A stretch of 64,000 nucleotides of DNA, taken from NCBI GenBank assembly GCA_017518295.1, contig JAFWVJ010000020.1, positions 131,320-195,319 on the forward strand, read 5' to 3'. Source of the DNA: Clostridia bacterium. GTDB taxonomy: Bacteria; Bacillota; Clostridia; TANB77; UBA1234. The notes beneath the pieces were generated by a model. The model was not told where the DNA came from. It made no database searches and worked only from the letters and a program-made list of their open reading frames with translations. The position numbers and the translations under genes are program-made. Each line of letters begins with the position of its first letter. The stretch's first letter is position 1. This document shows, piece after piece, positions 1 through 9,031 of this stretch.

Positions 1-293
1 TTTCAGAAGATGAATTAATGGAAGAAGCAATTGAATTAGGTGCAGATAATTTTGAGCCAGATGATGAGTTTTATGAGATTACTACAGCACCAGGAGATTT
101 TTCTACTGTTAGAGAAGGATTAGAAGCAAAAGGTATTGAGTTTATCGAAGCAGAAGTTAAGATGGTTCCTCAAAACTACGTTCAATTAGATAGTGAAGGT
201 GCTAGAAAGATGGGACTTATTATTGACAATTTGGAAGATAATGATGATGTTTCTGAAGTATGGCATAACTGGGACGAACCAGATGAAGAATAA
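1..293 (+). CDS. YebC/PmpR-family transcriptional regulatory protein, C-terminal fragment (gene begins upstream of the window)
   Basis: The translation (…EAIELGADNFEPDDEFYEITTAPGDFSTVREGLEAKGIEF…) matches the C-terminal domain of the YebC/DUF28 family. The ORF is open to the window edge. Confidence 0.7.
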   Translation, partial: SEDELMEEAIELGADNFEPDDEFYEITTAPGDFSTVREGLEAKGIEFIEAEVKMVPQNYVQLDSEGARKMGLIIDNLEDNDDVSEVWHNWDEPDEE

Positions 294-324
294 TATTTGC
301 AGAAGTTTTTGCATATAAAAAGGA

Positions 325-708
325 ATGAATACGATGATTATTGATTTTAGTATTCCGTGGGTATTATTAATTTGGTACTATATTACTGCTGGACTTTTAT
401 TTGCCTCATATAAGACTAAAAAAGCAATTTTTTGTTTGATACCTGTGGTATATTTCTTAGTTATTTTAGCTTTATCAATTGCAAATAATGACTTGTTAAA
501 ACATGTTGCTATTCACAGAGTTTTTAACTTTGTTGGACTTGGTCTTTCTTTATCTATGTTTTTAGTCATAGATGAAGTTGAGACAAGACGAAAAGTGATA
601 AGCCAAGTTTTTAAAAATAGATATAAAAAGAATAAAGATTTGGATGAAGATGAAGAATTTGTGGATGAAGATGAAGAATCATCAGAAGATGACAGCAAAG
701 ATGAATAA
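325..708 (+). CDS. small membrane protein with acidic C-terminal tail, function unknown
   Basis: 127-aa ORF with 3 hydrophobic segments followed by a D/E-rich tail. RBS-like AAAGGAA lies upstream. No recognisable family. Confidence 0.4.
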   Translation: MNTMIIDFSIPWVLLIWYYITAGLLFASYKTKKAIFCLIPVVYFLVILALSIANNDLLKHVAIHRVFNFVGLGLSLSMFLVIDEVETRRKVISQVFKNRYKKNKDLDEDEEFVDEDEESSEDDSKDE

Positions 709-712
709 TATT

Positions 713-739
713 ATTAGGAGGTTTAAAACCTCCTTTTTG
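713..739 (+). terminator. rho-independent terminator
   Basis: AGGAGGTTTAAAACCTCCT hairpin followed by a T-run. Confidence 0.6.
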
Positions 740-756
740 TTATAGTGGAGGAGAAT

Positions 757-1215
757 ATGAGAGCAATAGTTCAAAGAGTTAAAAGCTCAAGTTTAGTTAT
801 AGATGGAGAAGAATACTCTAGCATCAATAAAGGCTTTATGGTTTTAGTAGGAATAACAGAAACAGATACAATTGAAGATATAAAAGTTATGGCCGAAAAG
901 ATTGTTAAACTAAGAGTATTCGAAGATGAAAATGGAAAAATGAATTTAAGTATTCAAGATATAAATGGTGAATTACAAGTTGTTTCACAATTTACTTTAT
1001 ATGCTGATTGTCATCATGGTAATAGACCATCATTTACAAATGCAGCAAGACCTGAAGTAGCAATTCCATTATATGAAGAGTTTGTTAGATATACTAAAGA
1101 AATATCTGGGACTAAGGTAGTTACAGGTGTGTTTGGAGCAGATATGAAAATTACTCTAACAAATGATGGACCAGTTACTATTTATTTGGAAGTTAAAGAA
1201 GGTAAAGTGCTATAA
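757..1215 (+). CDS. dtd: D-aminoacyl-tRNA deacylase
   Basis: MRAIVQRVKSSSLVIDGE…SQFTLYAD is the canonical Dtd N-terminus/motif. ATG at 757 is preferred. An in-frame GTG at 745 is also possible. Confidence 0.85.
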   Translation: MRAIVQRVKSSSLVIDGEEYSSINKGFMVLVGITETDTIEDIKVMAEKIVKLRVFEDENGKMNLSIQDINGELQVVSQFTLYADCHHGNRPSFTNAARPEVAIPLYEEFVRYTKEISGTKVVTGVFGADMKITLTNDGPVTIYLEVKEGKVL

Positions 1216-1241
1216 AAAAAGAGTACACAAATAAATTCTAA

Positions 1242-1278
1242 AATGATATCATATTATAGGATATGATATCTTTTTTTA
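1242..1278 (+). terminator. rho-independent terminator after dtd
   Basis: GATATCATATTATAGGATATGATATC hairpin plus a T7 run. Confidence 0.65.
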
Positions 1279-1292
1279 TTTAGGGGGACAAA

Positions 1293-4200
1293 ATGAAAAA
1301 TAGAGAATTAATTGTAGTAGTTTTGACGATTGCATTGCTTGTTATTTTGGGAGCTTGTATTTTATTTAATCAAAATTTCAAAGGCGAACCAGGCAAAAAT
1401 ATAGTTGAAACTATTTTAAATCTTGAGCCTGAAACAAAAGTATACGCTCATTTGTCTGATGCTACTGTAACATACGATTCTGAAGACAATAGAATTATTA
1501 ATAAAGATGGTGTTGTTTTCAACATTGTATTTGCAGATGATGTGCCAGATGACTATGTTGAAAAAACGTTTAAAATTGAATGTAGAAATTCAAACGAAAG
1601 TGATGAGATAAAAACAGAAGTAATAAAAGAAGATAGCAAAAGCTACAAATTAAAGATAGCTGATACTCTTTCAGAAGGTGCTATTTATAATGTGGTTGAA
1701 TTAACTTCTGATGGAGTAAAAAAATGGGCTTTCCAAACAGAAAAAGAATTCAAAGTTGATTATACATATCCTGCTAATAAAGAATTCTTTAAAATAAATA
1801 GTGATCCAGAAATAAGATTCACTGATGAAATTCAAGATAATATTAAAGACTACTTATCAATTGAACCAAGTGTTAACGGATATTGGGAGAAGAAGTATAG
1901 TTCATATTATTATTTTAGACATCCAAATGATTATTTTAAAGATGGACAAGAATACACTATTAAGGTGAAAAAAGGCGCCAAAGATAAGTATGGAAATGAA
2001 CTAAAAGATGATTATTCGTTTTCATTTATCGCAAGAAGCAATACAAAAGAGAATAAAATAACAGACGTTGAATTAATTTCTGAAAATGTATTTAATATAA
2101 ACGAAAATGTGTCTTTTATATCATATATATTTATGAATGATGAAAGTAATAAAGGCATTAAGGTTGATGATAGTAAAATAAGAATATATAAATTGGATGG
2201 AACCAAGACATATATTGATTTACTAAGAAAAATAAATAAAACAAATAATATTGCAAAAGAACTATATGATAATAATGATTACAAACTAGTACTTGAAAAG
2301 AATGCATTAGATGTTGAATACGTTATACAAAGAGAAAAGTATATATCAAATAATTTCTATCAAGTAGATACTGATTTCAAATCAAGTAAAGCAGGATATT
2401 ATTTTGCATTATTAAAAATAAATGATTGTTATTCAATTAAGCCTTTCCAAATAAATGATGAAATAACTTCGGTGAACTTTTTAACTACTGGTGAGGCACT
2501 TGCTTTTTATAAGAATCCAAATAATAGCAATAATGTGGTAGATATTTTTGTTAATAATACTAGCGTTGGTAAAACAGATAATGATGGAAAAATTTATTTT
2601 AAAGATCTAAAGAAACAAGTAGTAGACTTTAATGAAGAATTCAACTATATTGAATTTAAATGCGAAACACCACTTGTCTTTGACATTACAAGTCAATTAA
2701 TTGCTAGAAACGGCTCTTGGGAAAACATTTATTACAGCGAATCATATGAAGATTATTATATTAATAGTGATGATACTAAAACGTTAGTTTATACTAGACA
2801 CAACAATGGATATATCTATTCGGATAGACCAGTATATAAAGTTGGTGAAACGGTTAAGTATTGGGGTTATGCAAGAAACAGAGTTTATGATGTTGATTCA
2901 GCGATTATAAAAATTTATTGTGAAGAAGATTTGTTAAAGAAAGATAATCTTACTTTAAATGAACAAGGATGCTTTACATATGACTTTGAATTAAAAGATG
3001 TAAATTCTGGTGCATATGTATATGCAGAGTTATATATAAATGGGGTTTATGTAGATAGAATTTCATCAAATATTCTTGATTATACAACAAGTGCATACTC
3101 AGTAAACGTCGAACAAGAGGCAAACGTATTTGTAACTGGCGAGACTACTAATGTAAAGATTACTGCTAATACTTATGATGGTATTCCATTAACTGACACA
3201 AAGTTTAATGTTGGAAATATTAGTAATGATAAATATGTTGATGTTGTTGCCGAAAATATTACTACAGATGCAAATGGTGTTGGATATGGAAAAGTAACAT
3301 TTAATGCGATAAACAATCAGCCTAACACTTATTCTAACTATGTACATGTTAGATATGATAACTCATATATTGATGGAGGAAGTTACACTATAAACTATAC
3401 TGTATATCCTTATATCAATAGAGCTTATATGAATGAAAAATATAATAAGGAAACTAATTCATACGAAATAACATTTGAAGAATACAATGTTAAAAATAGA
3501 AATACACCTGGAAATGATACAATTACTTTAGAAGCAAAAGCAAGATATGAACAAAGATATGAAAAGAGAAGATATTACGATGAATATTCAAAATCAGAAG
3601 AGATTGAATATGGATATAATCAAATAAGCATGCCGGAATATGACAAAACATTTGAAGTAAATATAGTAAATGGCAAAGGAAAAGTAACAATTCCAAACTG
3701 GTCTGATGGAAAGAATGAAAAAGGATATTATGCATTATTTGCTTATATAAATACTTCTGATGGAAGAAGACTTTCTTGTTCATCATATGAAAACACAGTT
3801 TATTTAGTATATGGATATGATATGTATGATGAAGACGAAGAAAAGGTTGTACTAAATGATGAAGATTTGGGAGAGTTTATTTCTCAAAATACCAAAAGCG
3901 TAATTACCAAATCTAATAATAAACCAATGTATCATATCTATATTGATTATAATAAGAACATGGAATATGGTAAGAAAGTAACAATTCCTCTTGTTAAAGG
4001 TGTTGGATCTGAATATATTGAAGGTGGTTCATCTTATTATATCGAAGAACCTGTTGAATTATCAGATGAAGAATACCAAGGAATTGAAGTATACACATTT
4101 ATAGTTTCGGGGCAAGGTACTGAATTAATTAAAAATGTGAATGGACCAATTTCATTTACTTATAAAGAAAAATATGGTGCCAATATAAGGATTTATCCAG

Positions 4201-6368
4201 TAATATATGATGGAGAAAAAATCTATGCGGCGAATTATCTTGATGTTGCTTATGGATGGGATGGCGTTGATTATCAATTAGAGCATAGATTTAGTAATTC
4301 ACTTATATTAGAATCAAAGCAATTATTGCTAGATATAGATGTTACATTTGATAAAGAAACTTACAAACCGGGAGAAGAAGCGATTATTAAAGTCAAAACA
4401 TCTCATGATGGTAAAGGTGTTTCAAGTGGTGTAAATTTATCTGCAATAGATTCAGCATATATAGATGAAAATGGAAGTAATTCATCATATATACAAGGTT
4501 CGTTATATAATCCATATAGTTTTAGCGCAAGTGAAATTTCTTCACACATGTTTTTAGAAGTTTTGATAAGAGATGCAGGCGGTGCTGGTGGAGGAGATGG
4601 AGAAGGCTATCGTACGGACATTTTAACTACAGCATTCTTTGAAAATATTATTACAGATAAAAATGGTGAAGCCACAATAAAAGTGAAACTTCCAGATAAT
4701 ATTACGGAATGGACATTAACCACTCAAGGTATTTCTGAAGATTATAGGGCTGCAAGTAAAGTATCAAAAATAATTGTTACAAAGGATTTCTATGTAGATT
4801 TAACTCATAAAGATAAGTATCTTGAGGATGAGTCATTTGCATTTAATATTAAAGCATTTGGTAGCAAATATGCAGGACAAAAATCAAAGCTTGAAGTAAG
4901 TATTTTAGATAGTAATAATAACGTGCTAGAAAGCGGCGATGCAGAAGTTACGGTTGGAAAAGTTGGAACATATAAGATAAAGAATCCTTTAAAAGAAGGG
5001 AAATATAAGATTAAACTATCTGGTAGTTTAAATGACTCTAAAGAAGCAAAAGATACTTTAATAAAAGAATTTGAAGTAAAGAAGAGCTTGCTAGAAATAT
5101 TAAGTAGAGAGACTTTAGAGCTAAAACCAAATGATGAAATTACAGTTGTTTCTCCTAGAGGCAGGATATATGTCTTAAATGAGGACGTTGAAAAGAATCT
5201 TAATATGCTATTTGAATTAATGTTTGTTCGAGGATATAGTTATAGAAATGACAGTGTAATAATAGGAAATGCAGCATATAAGCTATATACTTTATTAAGA
5301 AACGGAACAAATAATAATTCAAAACAGTATTATAACCTAGAAAAAATAGCCCAAGTCATGGATGGTGCTTCATATGATTATGACTTAGCTCTAAGAAATA
5401 TTGCAACAGGCATAATGAATTATCGATATGAAGTAAATATTTTTGATACAATAGAAAGTAATAAAGGTTTGTTTGCAAGATATTGGGCAGAAGCAGCTTG
5501 CGATAGACCGGTACTAAGACTACTAGATAAAGCGTATGAAGATGTAAGCAAAATAGAGGGAGCATATACAAAAGAGGAAGTAGCATATTTAGCTTTGGCA
5601 TTTGCTGAATTAGGAGATTTTGATAGTGCAGAATCATTATATGATATATTAAAGACAGCGATTACTGAAGAAAATGAAAGAGAATATGTTTTATTAACAA
5701 CACTTGCTATAAAGATTAATTTAAAAGATAGAGTAGATCTTTATAACAATTTAATGTCTAAAGATTTACCACCTGAAGTTAAGAATTACATTAAGCTATA
5801 TTATCTACAAAATGAAATTGTTAGAAATGTTAATGAAGGAAAACTTGTACTTAATGTTGATGGTAAAGATGAAGATATTAAAATTAATAACATAGGATAT
5901 ACTGATTATAAAGTAACTAACAAATCTAAATATATTGTTAAGAATCTAACAAATAATATTAAGATAATGTTAGATGATTATAAACCAGTTGATACTTCTA
6001 AATATGAATCAAAAGGATATTTAGATAAAACATATAACAATAAAAATGTAAAAGAAGGAAATATTGTTACTGTTACTTTAAAAGTAGATATTAGTAAGCT
6101 TCGTGAACAATATGGAAACTATGGTATCTATACTATTCAAGATGTTGTTCCAAATAATATGGTATTTGTAGATACAATAAATTGTGACCATTGCTGGTTT
6201 AGTGGAAAAGATGGACAAAAAGTTGAATTTACAGTTTATTCTTCTGATACCGATAAATATGCTACTGTTTCATACCATGCAAGAGTACAAAATAATGGTG
6301 AACAAAAAGAATCCGGTACAGTTCTTACAAACTTTAATAATGAAATAATAGATATTATTAAGTACTAA
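1293..6368 (+). CDS. very large (1691 aa) secreted/membrane-anchored protein, alpha-2-macroglobulin-like (MG-type beta domains plus helical alpha/alpha-toroid-like region), no thioester motif seen
   Basis: Good RBS (GGGGGA-N4-ATG). N-terminal signal/TM (LIVVVLTIALLVILGAC). Mostly beta-rich repeats. The region …RGYSYRNDSVIIGNAAYKLYTLL…LFARYWAEAACDRPVLRLL…AYLALAFAELGDFDSAESLYDIL resembles the thioester-domain helices of bacterial A2M proteins, but no CxEQ was found. Confidence 0.5.
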   Translation: MKNRELIVVVLTIALLVILGACILFNQNFKGEPGKNIVETILNLEPETKVYAHLSDATVTYDSEDNRIINKDGVVFNIVFADDVPDDYVEKTFKIECRNSNESDEIKTEVIKEDSKSYKLKIADTLSEGAIYNVVELTSDGVKKWAFQTEKEFKVDYTYPANKEFFKINSDPEIRFTDEIQDNIKDYLSIEPSVNGYWEKKYSSYYYFRHPNDYFKDGQEYTIKVKKGAKDKYGNELKDDYSFSFIARSNTKENKITDVELISENVFNINENVSFISYIFMNDESNKGIKVDDSKIRIYKLDGTKTYIDLLRKINKTNNIAKELYDNNDYKLVLEKNALDVEYVIQREKYISNNFYQVDTDFKSSKAGYYFALLKINDCYSIKPFQINDEITSVNFLTTGEALAFYKNPNNSNNVVDIFVNNTSVGKTDNDGKIYFKDLKKQVVDFNEEFNYIEFKCETPLVFDITSQLIARNGSWENIYYSESYEDYYINSDDTKTLVYTRHNNGYIYSDRPVYKVGETVKYWGYARNRVYDVDSAIIKIYCEEDLLKKDNLTLNEQGCFTYDFELKDVNSGAYVYAELYINGVYVDRISSNILDYTTSAYSVNVEQEANVFVTGETTNVKITANTYDGIPLTDTKFNVGNISNDKYVDVVAENITTDANGVGYGKVTFNAINNQPNTYSNYVHVRYDNSYIDGGSYTINYTVYPYINRAYMNEKYNKETNSYEITFEEYNVKNRNTPGNDTITLEAKARYEQRYEKRRYYDEYSKSEEIEYGYNQISMPEYDKTFEVNIVNGKGKVTIPNWSDGKNEKGYYALFAYINTSDGRRLSCSSYENTVYLVYGYDMYDEDEEKVVLNDEDLGEFISQNTKSVITKSNNKPMYHIYIDYNKNMEYGKKVTIPLVKGVGSEYIEGGSSYYIEEPVELSDEEYQGIEVYTFIVSGQGTELIKNVNGPISFTYKEKYGANIRIYPVIYDGEKIYAANYLDVAYGWDGVDYQLEHRFSNSLILESKQLLLDIDVTFDKETYKPGEEAIIKVKTSHDGKGVSSGVNLSAIDSAYIDENGSNSSYIQGSLYNPYSFSASEISSHMFLEVLIRDAGGAGGGDGEGYRTDILTTAFFENIITDKNGEATIKVKLPDNITEWTLTTQGISEDYRAASKVSKIIVTKDFYVDLTHKDKYLEDESFAFNIKAFGSKYAGQKSKLEVSILDSNNNVLESGDAEVTVGKVGTYKIKNPLKEGKYKIKLSGSLNDSKEAKDTLIKEFEVKKSLLEILSRETLELKPNDEITVVSPRGRIYVLNEDVEKNLNMLFELMFVRGYSYRNDSVIIGNAAYKLYTLLRNGTNNNSKQYYNLEKIAQVMDGASYDYDLALRNIATGIMNYRYEVNIFDTIESNKGLFARYWAEAACDRPVLRLLDKAYEDVSKIEGAYTKEEVAYLALAFAELGDFDSAESLYDILKTAITEENEREYVLLTTLAIKINLKDRVDLYNNLMSKDLPPEVKNYIKLYYLQNEIVRNVNEGKLVLNVDGKDEDIKINNIGYTDYKVTNKSKYIVKNLTNNIKIMLDDYKPVDTSKYESKGYLDKTYNNKNVKEGNIVTVTLKVDISKLREQYGNYGIYTIQDVVPNNMVFVDTINCDHCWFSGKDGQKVEFTVYSSDTDKYATVSYHARVQNNGEQKESGTVLTNFNNEIIDIIKY

Positions 6369-6379
6369 TTAAATTTAAA

Positions 6380-6420
6380 AAGGCTGAAAGTAAATAAAGC
6401 TTTCAGCCTTTAACTTTTTA
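6380..6420 (+). terminator. rho-independent terminator
   Basis: AAAGGCTGAAAG…CTTTCAGCCTTT hairpin followed by a T-run. Confidence 0.6.
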
Positions 6421-6422
6421 AA

Positions 6423-7499
6423 ATGGAGAGAATAATGAAAAAAACAAGCATTATCTTATTATTGATTTTAATATGTTTTTGCGGATGTAATAATACTTCA
6501 AATGATCATAAAGATATAAAGCAAATAACAATAGATAGTGATTTTATAAAAGATGAATTTGTAAAATATTTAGAATCTAAAATATGTGATGATGGAAGTT
6601 TTGAATATATTACTAATTTAGATGGTTCAAAAGAATTAGATGATTACAATCTTTTAAGACATTCGTTGTCTTATGTTTCTCTTTTAAGTGCATATAAAAA
6701 TGATGATTTACCAAGCAAAAAAGAAACTATTGAAAAAGGAATTGATTTTTTAATTCCGAGTATCATTTATAAAAATGAAGAAGAAGCTTTTTTGATGATT
6801 TATAAAGATAATGAAATAACATTAGGAAGTACAAGCTTAGCAATAGTTTTAATGTGTGATTATCAAAATAAATATGATGATGATAGATATTTTGAATATG
6901 CTAAAAAGCTTTCAAATGGAATATTATCTATGCAAAGATTGGAAGGAAGATTTAATCACGTATTTAATAGTAATTTTACTTTTAAAGAAAAAGAAAGAAT
7001 AATATATTATGAGGGAGAGGCAGTACTTGCTCTTTGTAAAATATATGATTTAACGAAAGATGAAAGATATATAAATGCTGCTAGAAAAGCTATCGATTAT
7101 TATATTTTATCTGGATATGAAGCTTATGGTGATCATTGGCAAGAATATGCAGTAAACGAATATTCAAAATATGTAGAAGAAAACTATATATTAGAATATG
7201 GCTTAAAAAATGCTAATACAGTATTAGAAAATATAAGTAAAAGCTCGGAAGTTTATAATACTAATCTAGAAACCTTAAATAATGGTCTAGAAATACTAGC
7301 TAAGTATAAATATAGCGGAGATAGTATTATAACTAGAGAAAAATTAGAAAATGCTATAAATAATGCTAAAAATGATATAATAAATACATATTTGAGTGCA
7401 AAAGAGAAAAATAAAATAGAAGGATTCTTCGCTCAAAAAGGCTATAAATCAGTAAGAATTGATGATATTGCTCACTATATTTTGGCTTTATGCCAATAA
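6423..7499 (+). CDS. putative lipoprotein, helical repeat (alpha/alpha-toroid-like), possibly partner of the upstream A2M-like protein
   Basis: Signal peptide with Cys cluster (LLLILICFCGCNN). 358 aa. Immediately downstream of the large protein and on the same strand. Confidence 0.45.
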   Translation: MERIMKKTSIILLLILICFCGCNNTSNDHKDIKQITIDSDFIKDEFVKYLESKICDDGSFEYITNLDGSKELDDYNLLRHSLSYVSLLSAYKNDDLPSKKETIEKGIDFLIPSIIYKNEEEAFLMIYKDNEITLGSTSLAIVLMCDYQNKYDDDRYFEYAKKLSNGILSMQRLEGRFNHVFNSNFTFKEKERIIYYEGEAVLALCKIYDLTKDERYINAARKAIDYYILSGYEAYGDHWQEYAVNEYSKYVEENYILEYGLKNANTVLENISKSSEVYNTNLETLNNGLEILAKYKYSGDSIITREKLENAINNAKNDIINTYLSAKEKNKIEGFFAQKGYKSVRIDDIAHYILALCQ

Positions 7500-7746
7500 A
7501 TAGCCTTTAATAGAGCTAATTTTTAAAAAAATCATTGACTTTTAAGCAAAAATAGCTTATATTATCTATTGTTTAAGAAGAAGTAACCACTTCTCACCAT
7601 GCCAAGCAAAGAGCATTGAGCATCGGTTAAATATATTATCTTTTCACTACTTTTATGTGATTTTTTAATATGATTAGTGGTAACTTGGGTCTTAAAGGTC
7701 CAAGTTTTTTTATATTCTAGTATAAATAAAAAGGGAGGTTTTTGCT
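7500..7746 (+). promoter_or_regulatory. infC-rpmI-rplT leader; candidate ribosomal protein L20 autoregulatory leader
   Basis: ~245-nt untranslated region upstream of an AUU-initiated infC. In Firmicutes this operon leader is the L20-binding regulatory RNA. The sequence was not modelled here. Confidence 0.35.
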
Positions 7747-8259
7747 ATTAAACAAGAACTACGAATTAATGAAGAAATCAGTGCAGAAAAAGTTAAAGTT
7801 ATATCTGAAGAAGGAGAACAACTTGGCGAAATGGAGCTTTCAAAAGCTTTAGATTTTGCGGCTCAAAAAGACTTAGATTTAGTTGAGGTTGCACCAGGAC
7901 AAGAAGTGCCTGTTTGTAAAATCATGAACTATGGTAAGTACAAATACGAGCAATCACGTAAAGAAAAAGAAGCTAAAAAGAAACAAAAAATAGTTGATGT
8001 TAAAGAAATTAGACTTTCATCTACTATAGATACGCACGATTTTGAATTTAAAGCAAAAAATGCTAGAAAATTCTTAGAAGATGGCGATAAAGTAAAAGCT
8101 ACTATAAAATTCAAAGGAAGAGAGTTAAATAATACCAGCTTTGGTATGAATGTGCTTAACAAATTTGCAGAGGCACTTTCTGAGGTTGGTGTTGCTGAAA
8201 AAGCTCCAAAACTTGAAGGTAGAAGCATGATGCTTATTATCAGCCCAAAAAATAATTAA
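7747..8259 (+). CDS. infC: translation initiation factor IF-3, initiating at ATT (AUU)
   Basis: In-frame translation upstream of the listed ORF gives IKQELRINEEISAEKVKVISEEGEQLGEMELSKALDF…, the conserved IF-3 N-terminus. AAGGGAGG RBS at 7731-7738 with 8-nt spacing to ATT at 7747. An AUU start is the classic autoregulated infC start. Confidence 0.9.
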   Translation: MKQELRINEEISAEKVKVISEEGEQLGEMELSKALDFAAQKDLDLVEVAPGQEVPVCKIMNYGKYKYEQSRKEKEAKKKQKIVDVKEIRLSSTIDTHDFEFKAKNARKFLEDGDKVKATIKFKGRELNNTSFGMNVLNKFAEALSEVGVAEKAPKLEGRSMMLIISPKNN

Positions 8260-8292
8260 TAATATTTTAAATAAAGGAAGGGGAGTTTCATT

Positions 8293-8496
8293 ATGCCTAA
8301 AATGAAAACACACAAAGCCACAGCTAAAAGAGTTAAAATTACAGCTACTGGCAAAGTAAAAGTTAGTCAAACAAACAAAAGACACTTATTAAATTCAAAT
8401 GCAAAAACATCTAAGAGAAAATTAAGACTTAGAAAGTCTAAATTAGTTGATAAGACAATGGCAGCAAATGTTAAAAAAATGCTTCCATACGCATAA
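8293..8496 (+). CDS. rpmI: 50S ribosomal protein L35
   Basis: MPKMKTHKATAKRVKITATGKV… is canonical L35. Confidence 0.95.
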   Translation: MPKMKTHKATAKRVKITATGKVKVSQTNKRHLLNSNAKTSKRKLRLRKSKLVDKTMAANVKKMLPYA

Positions 8497-8527
8497 TTAT
8501 TGTTTTTAGAAAGGAGAGCGAATTATT

Positions 8528-8875
8528 ATGGCAAGAGTTAAAACTGCTAGAATTACAAAGAAAAAACATAAAAAAGTTTTAAAAATGGCTAAAGGCTACT
8601 ATGGAGCAAAAAGTGTTAGATTTAGAATGGCAAACCAAGCTGTTATGAAGTCTTTAATGTATGCTTATGTTGGTAGAAAGAATAAAAAGAGAGACTTTAG
8701 AAGTCTTTGGATTGCAAGAATCAATGCAGGAGCTAGAGCAAATGGAGTTAATTATTCTACACTTATCAATGGTATGAAGAAAAACAACATTTCAATCAAC
8801 AGAAAAATGCTTGCAGAGATTGCAGTATCTGATCCAGCAGCTTTCACAGAAATCGTTAAAGCAGCTACAAAATAG
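8528..8875 (+). CDS. rplT: 50S ribosomal protein L20
   Basis: [29 protein letters not shown]… is canonical L20. Confidence 0.95.
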   Translation: MARVKTARITKKKHKKVLKMAKGYYGAKSVRFRMANQAVMKSLMYAYVGRKNKKRDFRSLWIARINAGARANGVNYSTLINGMKKNNISINRKMLAEIAVSDPAAFTEIVKAATK

Positions 8876-8883
8876 TATAAAAA

Positions 8884-8913
8884 ATGACACCTAAAAGAAG
8901 GTGTCTTTTTTTA
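8884..8913 (+). terminator. rho-independent terminator of infC operon
   Basis: GACACCTAAAAGAAGGTGTC hairpin plus a T8 run. Confidence 0.75.
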
Positions 8914-9031
8914 TTTCACTTTTGTTACAAATACTAGTTTTAGTTGATTTATAGCTTAATTATTTATAAACTTATATTAGTTATATTATGAGATTTTTGT
9001 ATCTAATGACAAAGATTCAGGGGGTTAACAA

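Noticed and set aside
513-698. 61-aa minus-strand Ser-rich ORF
   Set aside because: Antisense to the acidic tail of the 325-708 gene. It is a low-complexity artefact.
1293-6368. Thioester-containing (CxEQ) alpha-2-macroglobulin
   Set aside because: No CxEQ or GCGEQ motif was found in the translation, so only a non-thioester A2M-like assignment is proposed.
7929-8385. Minus-strand ORFs inside infC/rpmI
   Set aside because: Antisense to highly conserved ribosomal/IF-3 genes, so spurious.
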